Below, piece after piece: positions 38,491-49,354 of a stretch of 64,000 nt of DNA. This DNA is from Deinococcales bacterium. GTDB taxonomy: Bacteria; Deinococcota; Deinococci; Deinococcales; JAAFIG01. The DNA is taken from NCBI GenBank assembly GCA_043778225.1, contig JAYWGM010000095.1:1-64000 (forward strand), written 5' to 3'. Each line of letters begins with the position of its first letter. The stretch's first letter is position 1. A program made the position numbers and the translations under genes. The notes below the pieces were generated by a model that saw nothing but the letters and a program-made list of their open reading frames with translations, did no database searches and was not told where the DNA came from.

Positions 38491-39420
38491 ATGGACTCTA
38501 ACTCGAGTGATGACCTCTTCAATAAAACTTACGCTGGCTTTGTGGCAATTGTTGGTAAACCCAACGTTGGTAAAAGCACGCTTCTTAATACCCTACTTGG
38601 TGCAAAGGTCTCGGCGGTCACGCCCAAACCTCAGACCACGCGCCGTGGAATGCGCGGTATTTACACTGGTTACGGCGAAACTGCCCCCTATCAAGCTGTT
38701 TTTGTAGATACCCCCGGGCTGCATAAACCTGCCGATGCGCTTGGTAAATACATGAACAACGAAGTTCACAATGCCTTATCGGATGTGGATGCGGTGGTCT
38801 GGGTGGTGGATTTGCGCCGCCCACCTGCCGAAGAAGATAAATTGGTGGCTCGAGCCATCTCGCCATTTGATAAACCTTTGTGGTTGGTCGGTAATAAACT
38901 CGATGTGGCTAAATACCCCGACGAAGCCATGACTGCCTATGCCAAATTGCTCGAGCGAGACGATGTAGAACTGGTTAAACTAAGCGCCCAAAACGACCCT
39001 GAAGCGGTGCAAAAACTGCTGGCAGAAGTCCTTAAAACCCTGCCCGAGAACCCACACTTTTTCCCAAACTATGGACGCTCTGACCAGTCTCGAGAACAAT
39101 GGGCAGCCGAAATCATCCGCGAAGAAGCGATGCAAGCCTTATACGAAGAAATTCCGTACAGCATTGCCACAAGGGTCAACACCTGGATTGAACGCGACAA
39201 CGGAATGCAGTTTTTAGATGCAGAGTTAATTGTCGAGCAGTCCTCACACCGTAAAATTGCGGTTGGGGCGGGCGGCAAAATGCTCAAACAAATCGGCTTA
39301 CGCGCTCGTAAACAACTCGAGGTTTTCTTAAACAAAAAAGTTTATTTACAACTCGAGGTGATTGTCATGAGCGGCTGGCGCTCCGACACCGAAGCCTTGC
39401 GCGAACTCGGTTACGAATAA
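38491..39420 (+). CDS. era: GTPase Era
   Basis: [24 protein letters not shown] domain. Confidence 0.96.
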   Translation: MDSNSSDDLFNKTYAGFVAIVGKPNVGKSTLLNTLLGAKVSAVTPKPQTTRRGMRGIYTGYGETAPYQAVFVDTPGLHKPADALGKYMNNEVHNALSDVDAVVWVVDLRRPPAEEDKLVARAISPFDKPLWLVGNKLDVAKYPDEAMTAYAKLLERDDVELVKLSAQNDPEAVQKLLAEVLKTLPENPHFFPNYGRSDQSREQWAAEIIREEAMQALYEEIPYSIATRVNTWIERDNGMQFLDAELIVEQSSHRKIAVGAGGKMLKQIGLRARKQLEVFLNKKVYLQLEVIVMSGWRSDTEALRELGYE

Positions 39421-39424
39421 ACAC

Positions 39425-39495
39425 CGTAGGGGTGGGGCTTGCCTCGCCCTGCTAAATAATGTCCCAGTGGGCGAACACAGAGGTTCGCCCCTACG
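39425..39495. repeat. Inverted pair of GTAG-type REP palindromes (REPIN-like)
   Basis: GTAG-GGGTGGGGCTTGCCTCGCCC on + and GTAG-GGGCGAACCTCTGTGTTCGCCC on -. Confidence 0.75.
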
Positions 39496-39520
39496 AAAGA
39501 AATTTCGTCAGGAGTGATTT

Positions 39521-40918
39521 ATGCACAAAGTTGCAATTGTTGGTCGTCCGAACGTTGGTAAAAGCAGTTTATTCAATCGAATTATTGGTCGTCGGGCAGC
39601 CGTGGTTGCCGATATGCCCGGGGTGACTCGAGATGTTAAAGAAGAGATGTACCTCTACGAAAATCATCGTATTCTGATGATGGACACGGGCGGACTGTGG
39701 AGCGGTGACGAGTGGGAAACTAAAATTCTCGAGAAAGCCGAAATGGCGATTCACGACTGCCGTTGTGTGATTTTTGCAGTGGACGGGCGCGAGGATATTA
39801 CCAGTGCCGATTATGAAATTGCCGAATGGTTGCGCCGCCTTGGTAAACCGGTGATTCTGGTAGCCACAAAAATAGACCATTACAAGCACGAAGACCAGTT
39901 GTCCGAGATTTATGCACTCGGTTACGGTGTACCGATTTGCACCAGTGCCGAACACGCCCGTGGACTCGAGGAACTGATGGATGCGGTGGTGACACACCTA
40001 CCGACCGATGAAGAAGATATTTCGGCGGTTGCGCCCATCCGTGTGACTTTTATTGGTCGCCCAAATGTTGGCAAGTCGAGCATGGTTAATGCGGTCACCA
40101 ATTCTGACCGTGTGATTGTCTCGCCAATTGCTGGCACAACCCGCGACAGCATTGACATCGAATTTGATTACGCTGGCACGCGCTTTGTCTTGGTGGACAC
40201 GGCTGGTATTCGCCACCGCCCAGCCGATAATGTCGAGTATTACTCGCAGCAACGCTCAGAACAAGCCATTGCCAAAACCGATGTGATTATGTTGGTCATA
40301 GACCCATACGACTTAGGCGACCACGAGTTAAAACTTGCCAACATGGCATACGACAGTGGTAAGCCCGTAATTATCGTGATTAACAAATGGGATTTGGTCG
40401 AAGAAGACGACCTCGAGAAACGCTCCAAGGACATTGATTATAAATTAAGTCACCTTGAGTTTGCACCGAGGGTTTATACCAGTGCGATTAACGAATATGG
40501 CATCCACGAACTCCTTGCCGAAGCCACCAAGCTCTATAACCTCTGGCAAACCCGCATTGGCACTTCTGAACTCAACCGTTGGCTCGAGGTTTGGCAAATG
40601 CGCCAAGCTGTGCCAAACTTTAACGGCAGACCATTGCGGATGTACTTTTTGACCCAAGCCGAGATTGCCCCGCCAACTTTTGTGTTTTTTATTAACCGCG
40701 AGGCATTTGTAACCCGTGCCTACGAGAATTTTTTACGTAACCGCATCCGCGAGGATTTGGGCTTACCAGGTATTCCAGTGCGGGTGATTTGGCGCGAAAA
40801 AGGCGGCTGGAAAAAGAAGATGGAAGACGATGCCGAGGCGGTTGCCGAAAGCGCCCCTAAGCTCTCGAGAAGCCAGCGCAAAGCCGCCAAGGAAGCCAAA
40901 GACGCAGCCAACAATTAA
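39521..40918 (+). CDS. der: Ribosome biogenesis GTPase Der
   Basis: Two GRPNVGKSS G-domains, GVTRD / GTTRD. Confidence 0.96.
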   Translation: MHKVAIVGRPNVGKSSLFNRIIGRRAAVVADMPGVTRDVKEEMYLYENHRILMMDTGGLWSGDEWETKILEKAEMAIHDCRCVIFAVDGREDITSADYEIAEWLRRLGKPVILVATKIDHYKHEDQLSEIYALGYGVPICTSAEHARGLEELMDAVVTHLPTDEEDISAVAPIRVTFIGRPNVGKSSMVNAVTNSDRVIVSPIAGTTRDSIDIEFDYAGTRFVLVDTAGIRHRPADNVEYYSQQRSEQAIAKTDVIMLVIDPYDLGDHELKLANMAYDSGKPVIIVINKWDLVEEDDLEKRSKDIDYKLSHLEFAPRVYTSAINEYGIHELLAEATKLYNLWQTRIGTSELNRWLEVWQMRQAVPNFNGRPLRMYFLTQAEIAPPTFVFFINREAFVTRAYENFLRNRIREDLGLPGIPVRVIWREKGGWKKKMEDDAEAVAESAPKLSRSQRKAAKEAKDAANN

Positions 40919-40986
40919 GCTCAAGACCGGCAAAACTTTAGTTTGGTGTTCAAAGCCCCAAATTTATGTAAACTGATAGACAAATC

Positions 40987-42921
40987 ATGAGCCACAATCT
41001 TGCCAATCAAATACCAGCCACGGGTTTTAATAAACTCGAGTTAGAACGGCGCTTAACCGAAGCAACCATGCTCAAACACATTGTTGCCACGGCTGGCGCA
41101 CCGCTCGAGCCAGTGATTGTCTTAAATGTAATTTGCGCTGAGTTAATCGAAGTGGTGGGTGTTCAACACGCTGGTTTTGCTCGGCTCAACGACGACGGCG
41201 AAGCCCTGACGATTATTTCTGAATTTAGGTCTGGTAACACAGGCAACCTTGGGGCGCAGATTCCGCTCGAGAACAACGAAGTGACCCAATTGGTAATTTC
41301 ACGGCGGCAACCCGTGGCGGTCTTGGATGCCCAAAACGACCCACGCATGGGGGCTGGACGCGAGGCTGCCAAAGCCTTTGGGGTCGCAAGTATGCTGATT
41401 GTGCCGATTATTTCTGGGCGGCGGGTGATTGGCACACTGGGTTTAGATTCCTATTTGCCACGCGAATTTAACGAACACGAAATCGAAATTATTCAGAGCG
41501 CCTCGGCGGCAGCAGCGCCTTTACTCGAGAATGCCGAATTATTTGACCAATTGCGAGCAGAATTGCGCTATCGCCAGCAAACCGAAACCGAATTGCGCCG
41601 CTCGAGAATGATTTACCAAGAACTGGTCAATTCCTTAGAAGGTGTGGTCTGGGAAGGCGAATACCGCGATGGGGCTTTGCACTGCACTTTTATCAGCCGC
41701 CAAGCCGAGCGCTTATTTGGCTACTCGAGCGAGCGCTTTTTGGGCGTGCGCGAAAACAACCTCTGGGCGCAGGTCTTTCAAGCCGATGATTGGTTGGCAA
41801 TGAATTTGCGCTTGCGCCATGCCACCAAAAGCCTCGAGCCACTGGAAATCGAAGCTCGAGCCTACGACGACCAAGGCGAATTGATGTGGGTTCAAGACCG
41901 CATCACCTTTGCCCAAGTCGAGGACAGCTTGCGGGTGCGTGGCTTAATGGTCAACATCACCGAACATAAACGCTCAGTGCGCTTGGAGCGCGAACGCAAC
42001 CAGATTCTAGAATTGATTGCCCGTAACATCGAACTCGAGGAAGTGATGAAACGCATTTGTGAATTGGCAACCGCCCAATTTCAACGGGCTGGCTGTGCCA
42101 TCAGTGTTGTGCGAAATGGAAACCTCGAGTTGCTTGCCAGTCATGGTTTACCCAACAGCCTCAAGTCTTGGTTAAAACGCCCACTCGAGGAAACGGCTTT
42201 TAGAACTTGGGTAAGGCAACTCGAGACCACAACCGATCCGCGCTTATCAGAAAACGAACGCGAATTGATGATTAAAAACGATTTTCGCACGATTCGCAGC
42301 TTGCCGATTCTGGTCTCAGAAAAAGCGGTTGGCGTAGTCACGGTTTTTTTACCAAACAGCGCCAATCGCAATTTTCGGGTGCTGCACACCACCACCGAAC
42401 TAAGCGCCATCGCCATAGACCGCAACACCTTGTTGGAACAACTCGAGTACCGTGCGACCCACGACCCACTGACCGATTTACCAAACCGTGCGCTCTACCA
42501 AGAACGGCTGACCGAAGCGATGCGCCAAGCTGACCAACAAAAAAGCATGGTTGGTTTACTCTACATTGACCTCGACAACTTTAAGTTTGTCAATGACAAC
42601 TTTAGCCATGCCACTGGCGACGAACTCTTAAAAAACATCGCACGGCAACTGAGCAGTGAAACCGTCGGCTCGAGTACCGTGGCACGTTTGGGCGGCGACG
42701 AGTTTGCCGTGGTTTTGCCGAACTTGCAGCAACCCGAAGAAGTGGCGCAAATCGCGGCTCAACTGGCAAAAAGCCTGACCACTCGAGTGGTGATTGGGAC
42801 TCACCAGCACGAAGTCAGTGCCAGTATCGGAATTGCAATTTATCCACGTGACGGCAGCAGCGCCGACGAGCTTTCAAATGTGGCAGACCATGCGATGTAC
42901 AGCGCCAAGCAGCAAAAATGA
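40987..42921 (+). CDS. GAF-PAS-GAF diguanylate cyclase
   Basis: HDPLTDLPNR, DLDNFK.VND, RLGGDEF intact. Confidence 0.9.
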   Translation: MSHNLANQIPATGFNKLELERRLTEATMLKHIVATAGAPLEPVIVLNVICAELIEVVGVQHAGFARLNDDGEALTIISEFRSGNTGNLGAQIPLENNEVTQLVISRRQPVAVLDAQNDPRMGAGREAAKAFGVASMLIVPIISGRRVIGTLGLDSYLPREFNEHEIEIIQSASAAAAPLLENAELFDQLRAELRYRQQTETELRRSRMIYQELVNSLEGVVWEGEYRDGALHCTFISRQAERLFGYSSERFLGVRENNLWAQVFQADDWLAMNLRLRHATKSLEPLEIEARAYDDQGELMWVQDRITFAQVEDSLRVRGLMVNITEHKRSVRLERERNQILELIARNIELEEVMKRICELATAQFQRAGCAISVVRNGNLELLASHGLPNSLKSWLKRPLEETAFRTWVRQLETTTDPRLSENERELMIKNDFRTIRSLPILVSEKAVGVVTVFLPNSANRNFRVLHTTTELSAIAIDRNTLLEQLEYRATHDPLTDLPNRALYQERLTEAMRQADQQKSMVGLLYIDLDNFKFVNDNFSHATGDELLKNIARQLSSETVGSSTVARLGGDEFAVVLPNLQQPEEVAQIAAQLAKSLTTRVVIGTHQHEVSASIGIAIYPRDGSSADELSNVADHAMYSAKQQK

Positions 42922-43011
42922 TAAAGAACTCTGGCAAGCTCATCTGGCTTGTGCTACTAATTTGCCATGCGGACACAATTTTTTCGGGCTCATCGGACTA
43001 GAGTGTTGTCT

Positions 43012-43671
43012 ATGCGAATCGCCCTGGGCTTTTTTGCGCTATGCTTGGTGGCTTGCGCCCCACAACCGGCTCGAGTGACTGGACAAACCAACGCTGGAGC
43101 GAGTGTCGCGTTTTACCCCAGCCAGTCTGGGGCAATCTGGCAGTACCTCAAAGAAGGCGAGCGTGCCGACAGCCTGCCTTACGCGATGCGAGTCGAAGGT
43201 CCTCAGAGTTACAACGGACGGGTTCTGACTGGAATGCGTTTTGTTGGGCGTGGACAGGACATTTCGTATTTTCGTCAGTTTGATGAACGCGGCGTGCGCC
43301 TGATTGCCCAAGGTGCAGCTAATTTTTACGAATTGGTCTACGAAAATCCGATTCTCGAGTATCCGCCCGCCAAAGAATTGGTGGTTGGTAAAACATGGAG
43401 CGGCACAACCTTAGCCACCCTAACCCCAGCCAGGCAAGTGCCACAGCAACTCAAATACACCTATCAGTTTCGGGTGGTGGCAAAAGAAAAATATCGTGTT
43501 GCCAATACCGATTACGATGCTTTTTTAATTCTGCGCGACAACCGTTTAGAAGATTTAAGCGGCAAAACCGAAGCCGTTATTGAATCACAACGAATTCGTT
43601 TTGTGCCGTACATCGGCGAAGTCCAAACCCGCGAGGGTCTGGTTTTAATCAATTACAACTTTAAGAAATAA
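43012..43671 (+). CDS. Hypothetical lipoprotein
   Basis: Lipobox LVAC; start moved to ATG 43012. Confidence 0.7.
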   Translation: MRIALGFFALCLVACAPQPARVTGQTNAGASVAFYPSQSGAIWQYLKEGERADSLPYAMRVEGPQSYNGRVLTGMRFVGRGQDISYFRQFDERGVRLIAQGAANFYELVYENPILEYPPAKELVVGKTWSGTTLATLTPARQVPQQLKYTYQFRVVAKEKYRVANTDYDAFLILRDNRLEDLSGKTEAVIESQRIRFVPYIGEVQTREGLVLINYNFKK

Positions 43672-43682
43672 AGAGGAGCGCT

Positions 43683-45554
43683 ATGAGTGTGCTAGACCGT
43701 GTCAACCTGCCAGAAGATGTCAAAAAACTCGAGTTAGACGAACTCGAAACGCTTGCCGCCGATGTTCGTGCCGAGATTATTCGGGTTTGTTCGCGTGGTG
43801 GCTTGCACCTTGCCTCGAGCCTTGGCACAGTCGAACTGACCGTAGCCCTGCACCGTGTTTTCTCGAGTCCACAAGACCGGCTGCTGTGGGATGTCGGGCA
43901 TCAGGCTTATGGGCATAAAATCCTGACGGGGCGCAAAGACCAGATGGACACAATTAAAAAAGAGGGTGGCTTATCGGGCTTTACCAAAGTCTCGGAAAGC
44001 CCACACGATGCGATTACTGTCGGACACGCCAGCACCAGCCTAGCCAATGCGTTTGGCATGGCACTGGCTCGAGATGCGCTTTTGAAAGACGGTTTAACGA
44101 CCGATTTCCATGTCATTCCAATTATTGGCGATGGCGCACTGACCGGCGGTATGGCACTGGCAGCCCTGAACAACATTGGCTACAAGCAAACCAAAATGCT
44201 GATTGTCCTGAACGACAACGAAATGTCTATTTCTGAAAACGTTGGCGCAATGAACGCTTATTTTCGTACCCTGCAAGTCCAACCTTGGTTTCAGAATGCC
44301 GAAAAAGGTGGCAAAAAACTGGTCGGCAAAGCCTTGGGTGGTCTGGTCTCGAGGGCAAAGGATGCGGCTCGAACTTTTTTTGACCCGCACAGCAAAAATC
44401 CGTTTACTGCCATGAACTTGCGCTATGTTGGACCAGTCGATGGGCATAACGTCAAAGAACTGGTCTATTTACTCGAGCATATTAAAGAACTCTCCGGACC
44501 AACTGTGCTGCACATTGTGACGCGCAAAGGCAAAGGCATGGACATTGCCGAAGAAAACCCAATTTATTGGCACAGCCCAGCCAAGTTCAATGTCGACGAA
44601 CCCGAAGAAGTCGGTAAGTCCTACACTTGGTCAAATGCTTTTGGCGAAGCGGCCATAGAAATCTGCCACGAGCGCAAAGATGTCTACATGATTACCCCAG
44701 CCATGCGCGAAGGCTCTGGGCTGGTCGAGTTTGCCCAGATTCACCCCGAGCGCTATTTGGACACTGGTATTGCCGAAGAAGTCGCGGTTACAGCCGCCGC
44801 CGGTATGGCACTGCGCGGGGTGCGCCCGATTGTGGCGATTTACTCAACTTTTTTACAGCGTGGTTTTGACCAATTGGTTCACGATGTGGCGATTGAAAAC
44901 CTCAATGTGATTTTTGCGATTGACCGCGCTGGTGTGGTTGGCGCAGACGGTCCAACCCACCACGGAGTCTTTGACATTTCGTATTTGCGGCTTGTGCCAA
45001 ATGTCCAAATTGGTGTACCAAAAGATGCCACCGAGTTACGCGCCATGCTGAATACTGCCTTAACCATGACTGGACCGATTGCGATTCGTTATCCACGTGG
45101 CGGGGTTAAGCCTGTTTTAGCCAACTCGAGTAAACACATCGCTTGGGGAACGTGGGAGCGCTTGGTGGATGGCGACGACATTGTGATTCTTGCGACCGGC
45201 AATACCATTGGTTACGCCCTCGAGGCGGTCAAAGGCACACATGGGGTCGGGGTGGTCAATGCTCGGTTTGTTAAGCCACTGGATGCAACCATGCTCGAGG
45301 ACATCGCCCGCAGCGCTCGAGCGATTATCACCGTCGAGGACAACACGATTGTTGGCGGCTTTGGTAGCGCAGTTTTGGAGCATCTGGCGCACAAAGACCT
45401 CAAACCCGAAGTGCGTTTACTCGGTATTCCCGACCATTTTATGGATCATGCCGAAGTCAGCAGCCTGCACCGCCAAGCTGGCATAGACACGGCGGGGATT
45501 CAAAAAGTTCTCGAGCATCTGGGCGTAACTTTTGATTTGGTGGCAGCCGATTAA
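43683..45554 (+). CDS. dxs: 1-deoxy-D-xylulose-5-phosphate synthase
   Basis: [45 protein letters not shown]. Confidence 0.97.
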   Translation: MSVLDRVNLPEDVKKLELDELETLAADVRAEIIRVCSRGGLHLASSLGTVELTVALHRVFSSPQDRLLWDVGHQAYGHKILTGRKDQMDTIKKEGGLSGFTKVSESPHDAITVGHASTSLANAFGMALARDALLKDGLTTDFHVIPIIGDGALTGGMALAALNNIGYKQTKMLIVLNDNEMSISENVGAMNAYFRTLQVQPWFQNAEKGGKKLVGKALGGLVSRAKDAARTFFDPHSKNPFTAMNLRYVGPVDGHNVKELVYLLEHIKELSGPTVLHIVTRKGKGMDIAEENPIYWHSPAKFNVDEPEEVGKSYTWSNAFGEAAIEICHERKDVYMITPAMREGSGLVEFAQIHPERYLDTGIAEEVAVTAAAGMALRGVRPIVAIYSTFLQRGFDQLVHDVAIENLNVIFAIDRAGVVGADGPTHHGVFDISYLRLVPNVQIGVPKDATELRAMLNTALTMTGPIAIRYPRGGVKPVLANSSKHIAWGTWERLVDGDDIVILATGNTIGYALEAVKGTHGVGVVNARFVKPLDATMLEDIARSARAIITVEDNTIVGGFGSAVLEHLAHKDLKPEVRLLGIPDHFMDHAEVSSLHRQAGIDTAGIQKVLEHLGVTFDLVAAD

Positions 45555-45628
45555 ACCAACCTTGTTATTCATAACATACAATCCTCATGAGGCAGCACTT
45601 TTTTGAAAAAGGCGCTAGACTATACCTT

Positions 45629-46360
45629 GTGAATAACTCACTTGGAAATTTTTTGGGGATGCTCGGCTTATCGGTTGCTATCGTGGTTGGTGCTTTTCTT
45701 GCCAGCAACGCCATTAAGGAGTCTCGAAGTGATTCGGACATTACGGTAACAGGCAGTGCGCGTAAGGCGATTACCAGCGACCTTGTGCAGTGGAAAGGCA
45801 GTGTTACGGCGGAAAGCGCTAATCTGCAAAGTGCAGTGGCGGACTTAAAGAAAAATGTTGGCCGCTTAAAGGCTTTTGTGGCAAGCAATGGCACTGGCAT
45901 CAAACTCGAGTTAGCCCCGATTTCGAGCGAGCCTTTAACCTACGAGCGTACCAATACCGACGGCTCGAGAACCACCATTCCAGCTTGGCGCGTGCGTCAA
46001 CGAATCGAAGTCTCGAGCGACCAAGTGCAAGAAGTAACAACTTTAGCCGCCAAAACGGCAGAGAATTTGCTCGCCAATGGTGTGCCATTTGAAGCCGAAC
46101 TGAGTTATTTGTACACCAAATTGGCAGATTTACGCATCGAAATGCTCGAGGCAGCCACAACCGACGCAAAAAACCGCGCTGTCACGATTGCCAAAGGGGC
46201 TGGCGTGGGGATTGGCGCACCGCGCAATGCTCGGGTTGGCGTTTTTCAGATTACGGCTAAAAATAGCCCAAGCGTAGACGATTACGGCGCATACGATGTC
46301 AGCAGCATCGAAAAAGAAATTACCGCCGTGGTTTCGGTGGCGTTTGCCTTAAAGCAGTAA
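45629..46360 (+). CDS. SIMPL (DUF541) domain protein
   Basis: ITVTGSA, A..DAK.RA..IA, GVFQIT; GTG start after TAGACT. Confidence 0.8.
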   Translation: MNNSLGNFLGMLGLSVAIVVGAFLASNAIKESRSDSDITVTGSARKAITSDLVQWKGSVTAESANLQSAVADLKKNVGRLKAFVASNGTGIKLELAPISSEPLTYERTNTDGSRTTIPAWRVRQRIEVSSDQVQEVTTLAAKTAENLLANGVPFEAELSYLYTKLADLRIEMLEAATTDAKNRAVTIAKGAGVGIGAPRNARVGVFQITAKNSPSVDDYGAYDVSSIEKEITAVVSVAFALKQ

Positions 46361-46373
46361 ATCAGCAAAAACG

Positions 46374-46415
46374 AGCGATGGGCTTTGAGCTTTTTGACGC
46401 TCAAAGCCCATCGCT
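46374..46415 (+). terminator. Strong hairpin / terminator
   Basis: agcgatgggctttgagc ... gctcaaagcccatcgct 17-bp stem. Confidence 0.75.
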
Positions 46416-46552
46416 TATTACCTTAAACCAAGATGAAGACTTTCTGAAGCCCTTGTGAAGTTCTTAATAAAAGTATTTATCGTTGCCCACGTATGAAAAG
46501 CCTTTAAGGAAACGAGCTTGATTCTCATGAAGACACTCATATACTATTTCTC

Positions 46553-47230
46553 ATGGACAGAAAACCATTGGTATTGGTCGTCGAAGACGAAAAAGACATC
46601 GCCCGTTTTATTGAACTCGAGCTTGCTGCCGAGGGCTATCAGACCGAAGTTGCTTTTGACGGGGTGACTGGCTTATCTAAGTTCCGCGAAGTCAACCCTG
46701 ACTTGCTGATTTTGGACTTGATGCTGCCCGTTTTGGATGGTCTCGAGGTGGCGCGTAGGGTTCGTAAAACCAGCAACACGCCGATTATTATTCTGACTGC
46801 CAAGGACAGTATCTCCGATAAAGTCGAAGGCTTGGACGCTGGCGCAGACGACTATTTAATTAAGCCATTTAGCATCGAAGAACTCTTGGCTCGAGTTCGG
46901 GCGCACTTGCGCCGTGTCAATCCAGCCGTCACAGGCGAAGTACGGGTTGCCGATTTGGTCATGAACCTTGATGGGCGCGAAGTTTTTAGAGGCGGACGGC
47001 GGGTCGAGTTAAGCGCCAAAGAATTCGAGTTACTCGAGTTATTAGCCCGTAACCCCGGTAAGGTTTTTAGCCGCTTTGAAATCGAAGAAAAAGTCTGGCC
47101 CGAATACACTGGTGGCAGCAACGTTGTGGATGTCTACATTGGCTACTTGCGCCGTAAACTTGAGGAATCTGGCGAACGCCGCTTAATCCACACGGTTCGC
47201 GGCGTGGGTTATGTGTTGCGTGAAGAGTAA
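46553..47230 (+). CDS. OmpR/PhoB-family response regulator
   Basis: [29 protein letters not shown]. Confidence 0.96.
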   Translation: MDRKPLVLVVEDEKDIARFIELELAAEGYQTEVAFDGVTGLSKFREVNPDLLILDLMLPVLDGLEVARRVRKTSNTPIIILTAKDSISDKVEGLDAGADDYLIKPFSIEELLARVRAHLRRVNPAVTGEVRVADLVMNLDGREVFRGGRRVELSAKEFELLELLARNPGKVFSRFEIEEKVWPEYTGGSNVVDVYIGYLRRKLEESGERRLIHTVRGVGYVLREE

Positions 47231-47236
47231 ACGTGG

Positions 47237-47290
47237 AGGTTAAAGGTCAAAGGGTTAAAAGGTTAAAAGTAAAAGGCTTTTCACCTTTTT
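47237..47290. repeat. Octamer satellite between response regulator and kinase
   Basis: aggttaaaggtcaaagggttaaaaggttaaaag ... cttttcacct. Confidence 0.7.
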
Positions 47291-47303
47291 TCTTGAGGTT
47301 TAT

Positions 47304-48770
47304 ATGACGCTGCGTTGGCGCTTAACGCTACTTTACAGTGGATTATCTGGTTTGTTATTGGCTTTGGCTTTTATTGTCACCTATGTTGGGGTGCGAAATA
47401 CCCTTGTCTCGAGTTTCGAGAAAGAACTGGACAGCACCCTCAATCAAGCCATCGAAATCATGAAAGGCAACAAGGATTACTTGGTCAGTCCCGATGAATG
47501 GAATGTTCTCTCGAGAGATGCTTATGGTCAAATCACGACTTATTTTAGCGAGCGCTTTATTGCCGAGGAATACTTGTTGCAGCAGCCTTTTCACAGCCGA
47601 AATAACAATTTGATTCTCAAAAACGATTCTGATATTACGCTTTCTGTCGCGGCTTGGCAGCAAGTGGAACAAAATAATGCTTACCGGGGAACTGGTACGT
47701 TGTCTGGAACAAAAGAAATTATTGCAGTACGGGCTGTTTTATTTGCGGCTGTACCAATCCAACAAGTCGGTACGATGATCCCAATTGTCTTGGTCGGTAA
47801 GTCCTTTGCCGACACCCAAGGCATTCTCGAGACCCTGCAACGCGCTCTGGTGGTGGTGGCACTGGTGGGGATTATCGCGGCTGGTTTTGCCAGTTATTTT
47901 GCAGCCCGCAGTGCATTAAGCCCAATTACCAGTGTGCGTGATGCCGCCGCCGGCATTGGTGGACGTAACCTCAATTTGCGTGTCCCAGAACAAGGTACAC
48001 GCGACGAAGTGGACGACCTTGCTAAAACCCTCAACGCCATGCTCGAGCGTTTAGAATCGAGCTTTGAAACCCAGCGCCGCTTTACTGCCGATGCCAGCCA
48101 TGAACTTCGCACCCCTGTCACTGCGATTGCGGGTCATGCCAGTTACCTGATGCGCCGCACCAACCCAAGCGAAGCCCAAAAAGAATCACTCGAGGCAATT
48201 ACAAACTTATCGGTGCGCTTGGGGCGTTTAATTGGCGACCTTTTGGATTTGGCACGGGCGGATGCTGGATTTGGAGTCGAACTTGTCGCCACAAACCTGA
48301 TGAGCCTTGCCGAAGATGTCCATCTCGAGGTTGTGGCGATTGCGGGTAACACCGAAATCGAACTGCTTGGCGACTCGAGCCTCAAAGCCCAAATAGACCC
48401 ACACCGAATCCGTCAAGTGATTCGCAACCTTGTGCAGAACGCCTTAAAAGCTGGCTCGAGTAAAGTGATTATCGGGATTGCTAAAGAAGAAAATATGGCT
48501 CGAGTTTCGATTACCGACAACGGCTCAGGGATTGCTACCGAACATATTTCTAAGCTCTTTGACCGCTTTTATCGTGTAGACAACTCGAGAGACCGCGCTG
48601 CTGGCGGAAGTGGCTTGGGCTTGAGCATTGTTAAATGGATTGTTGAAGCACACCACGGCAACATTGCGGTCTCAAGCGAATTGAATGTCGGAACGCGGAT
48701 AGATGTGCGTTTTCCAATTGGAGAAGTGAGTTTACCAAGCGTGATTAAAACACCAACACCACAAGTTTAG
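47304..48770 (+). CDS. Sensor histidine kinase (HAMP-HisKA-HATPase)
   Basis: DASHELRTP, NLVQNALK, DNGSGI, GGSGLGLSI. Confidence 0.95.
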   Translation: MTLRWRLTLLYSGLSGLLLALAFIVTYVGVRNTLVSSFEKELDSTLNQAIEIMKGNKDYLVSPDEWNVLSRDAYGQITTYFSERFIAEEYLLQQPFHSRNNNLILKNDSDITLSVAAWQQVEQNNAYRGTGTLSGTKEIIAVRAVLFAAVPIQQVGTMIPIVLVGKSFADTQGILETLQRALVVVALVGIIAAGFASYFAARSALSPITSVRDAAAGIGGRNLNLRVPEQGTRDEVDDLAKTLNAMLERLESSFETQRRFTADASHELRTPVTAIAGHASYLMRRTNPSEAQKESLEAITNLSVRLGRLIGDLLDLARADAGFGVELVATNLMSLAEDVHLEVVAIAGNTEIELLGDSSLKAQIDPHRIRQVIRNLVQNALKAGSSKVIIGIAKEENMARVSITDNGSGIATEHISKLFDRFYRVDNSRDRAAGGSGLGLSIVKWIVEAHHGNIAVSSELNVGTRIDVRFPIGEVSLPSVIKTPTPQV

Positions 48771-49354
48771 GATTTTAAGTCGGCAATAAATCGTCTAAAA
48801 AACTCGAGTTCCATCAACACGTTGGGATTGACTTTAGAAAGTGCCTGAAAAGAACGTTTGCCCTTTTTGTAGATTCGGTCGCGCCCACAGTCTTGGGTTG
48901 CATCGGCAAGCGCATCCTGCACTTTGTCTCGAGTTCTTCGCTCGAGACCAGCCAAAGGCAACAATTTAGCCACTTTGAAATCCTTGCCAAAAAACTGCTT
49001 CATGGCTTTTGCATCAGCCATCAGCCACGTCTCCATGCAAGTTGCCATGAATTGCACTTGCGTTTCGGTTGTACCCAAAGGTTGTTCCCAGCCATCTCGA
49101 GCTTTCAAATGCGCCCAGACCGAAGACAAGTCCACAGGGTCTTCGCTGTCCACAAGCATACAAGCCATCGTTTTTATATCTGCACTCCAAAGCTCAGTCT
49201 TAAAATCCTTAAACGTCTGATTTCTCGAGCCACACGCCACAATCTCAATGCCAGTCAAGCCAGCTTTCTCAAGTAAAATTCTAAACGCCTTACGACACTC
49301 AATTTTGGTGGCGTTTGTATCGCCGCCACCTTCGACGTATAAAATTACCCTCAC
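48767..49354 (-). CDS. DUF4276-like (TOPRIM-fold) protein
   Basis: VILYVEGGGD, LVDSE, CMETWLMAD; GTGA overlap with the ATPase. Confidence 0.7.
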   Translation of the reverse strand: MRVILYVEGGGDTNATKIECRKAFRILLEKAGLTGIEIVACGSRNQTFKDFKTELWSADIKTMACMLVDSEDPVDLSSVWAHLKARDGWEQPLGTTETQVQFMATCMETWLMADAKAMKQFFGKDFKVAKLLPLAGLERRTRDKVQDALADATQDCGRDRIYKKGKRSFQALSKVNPNVLMELEFFRRFIADLKS

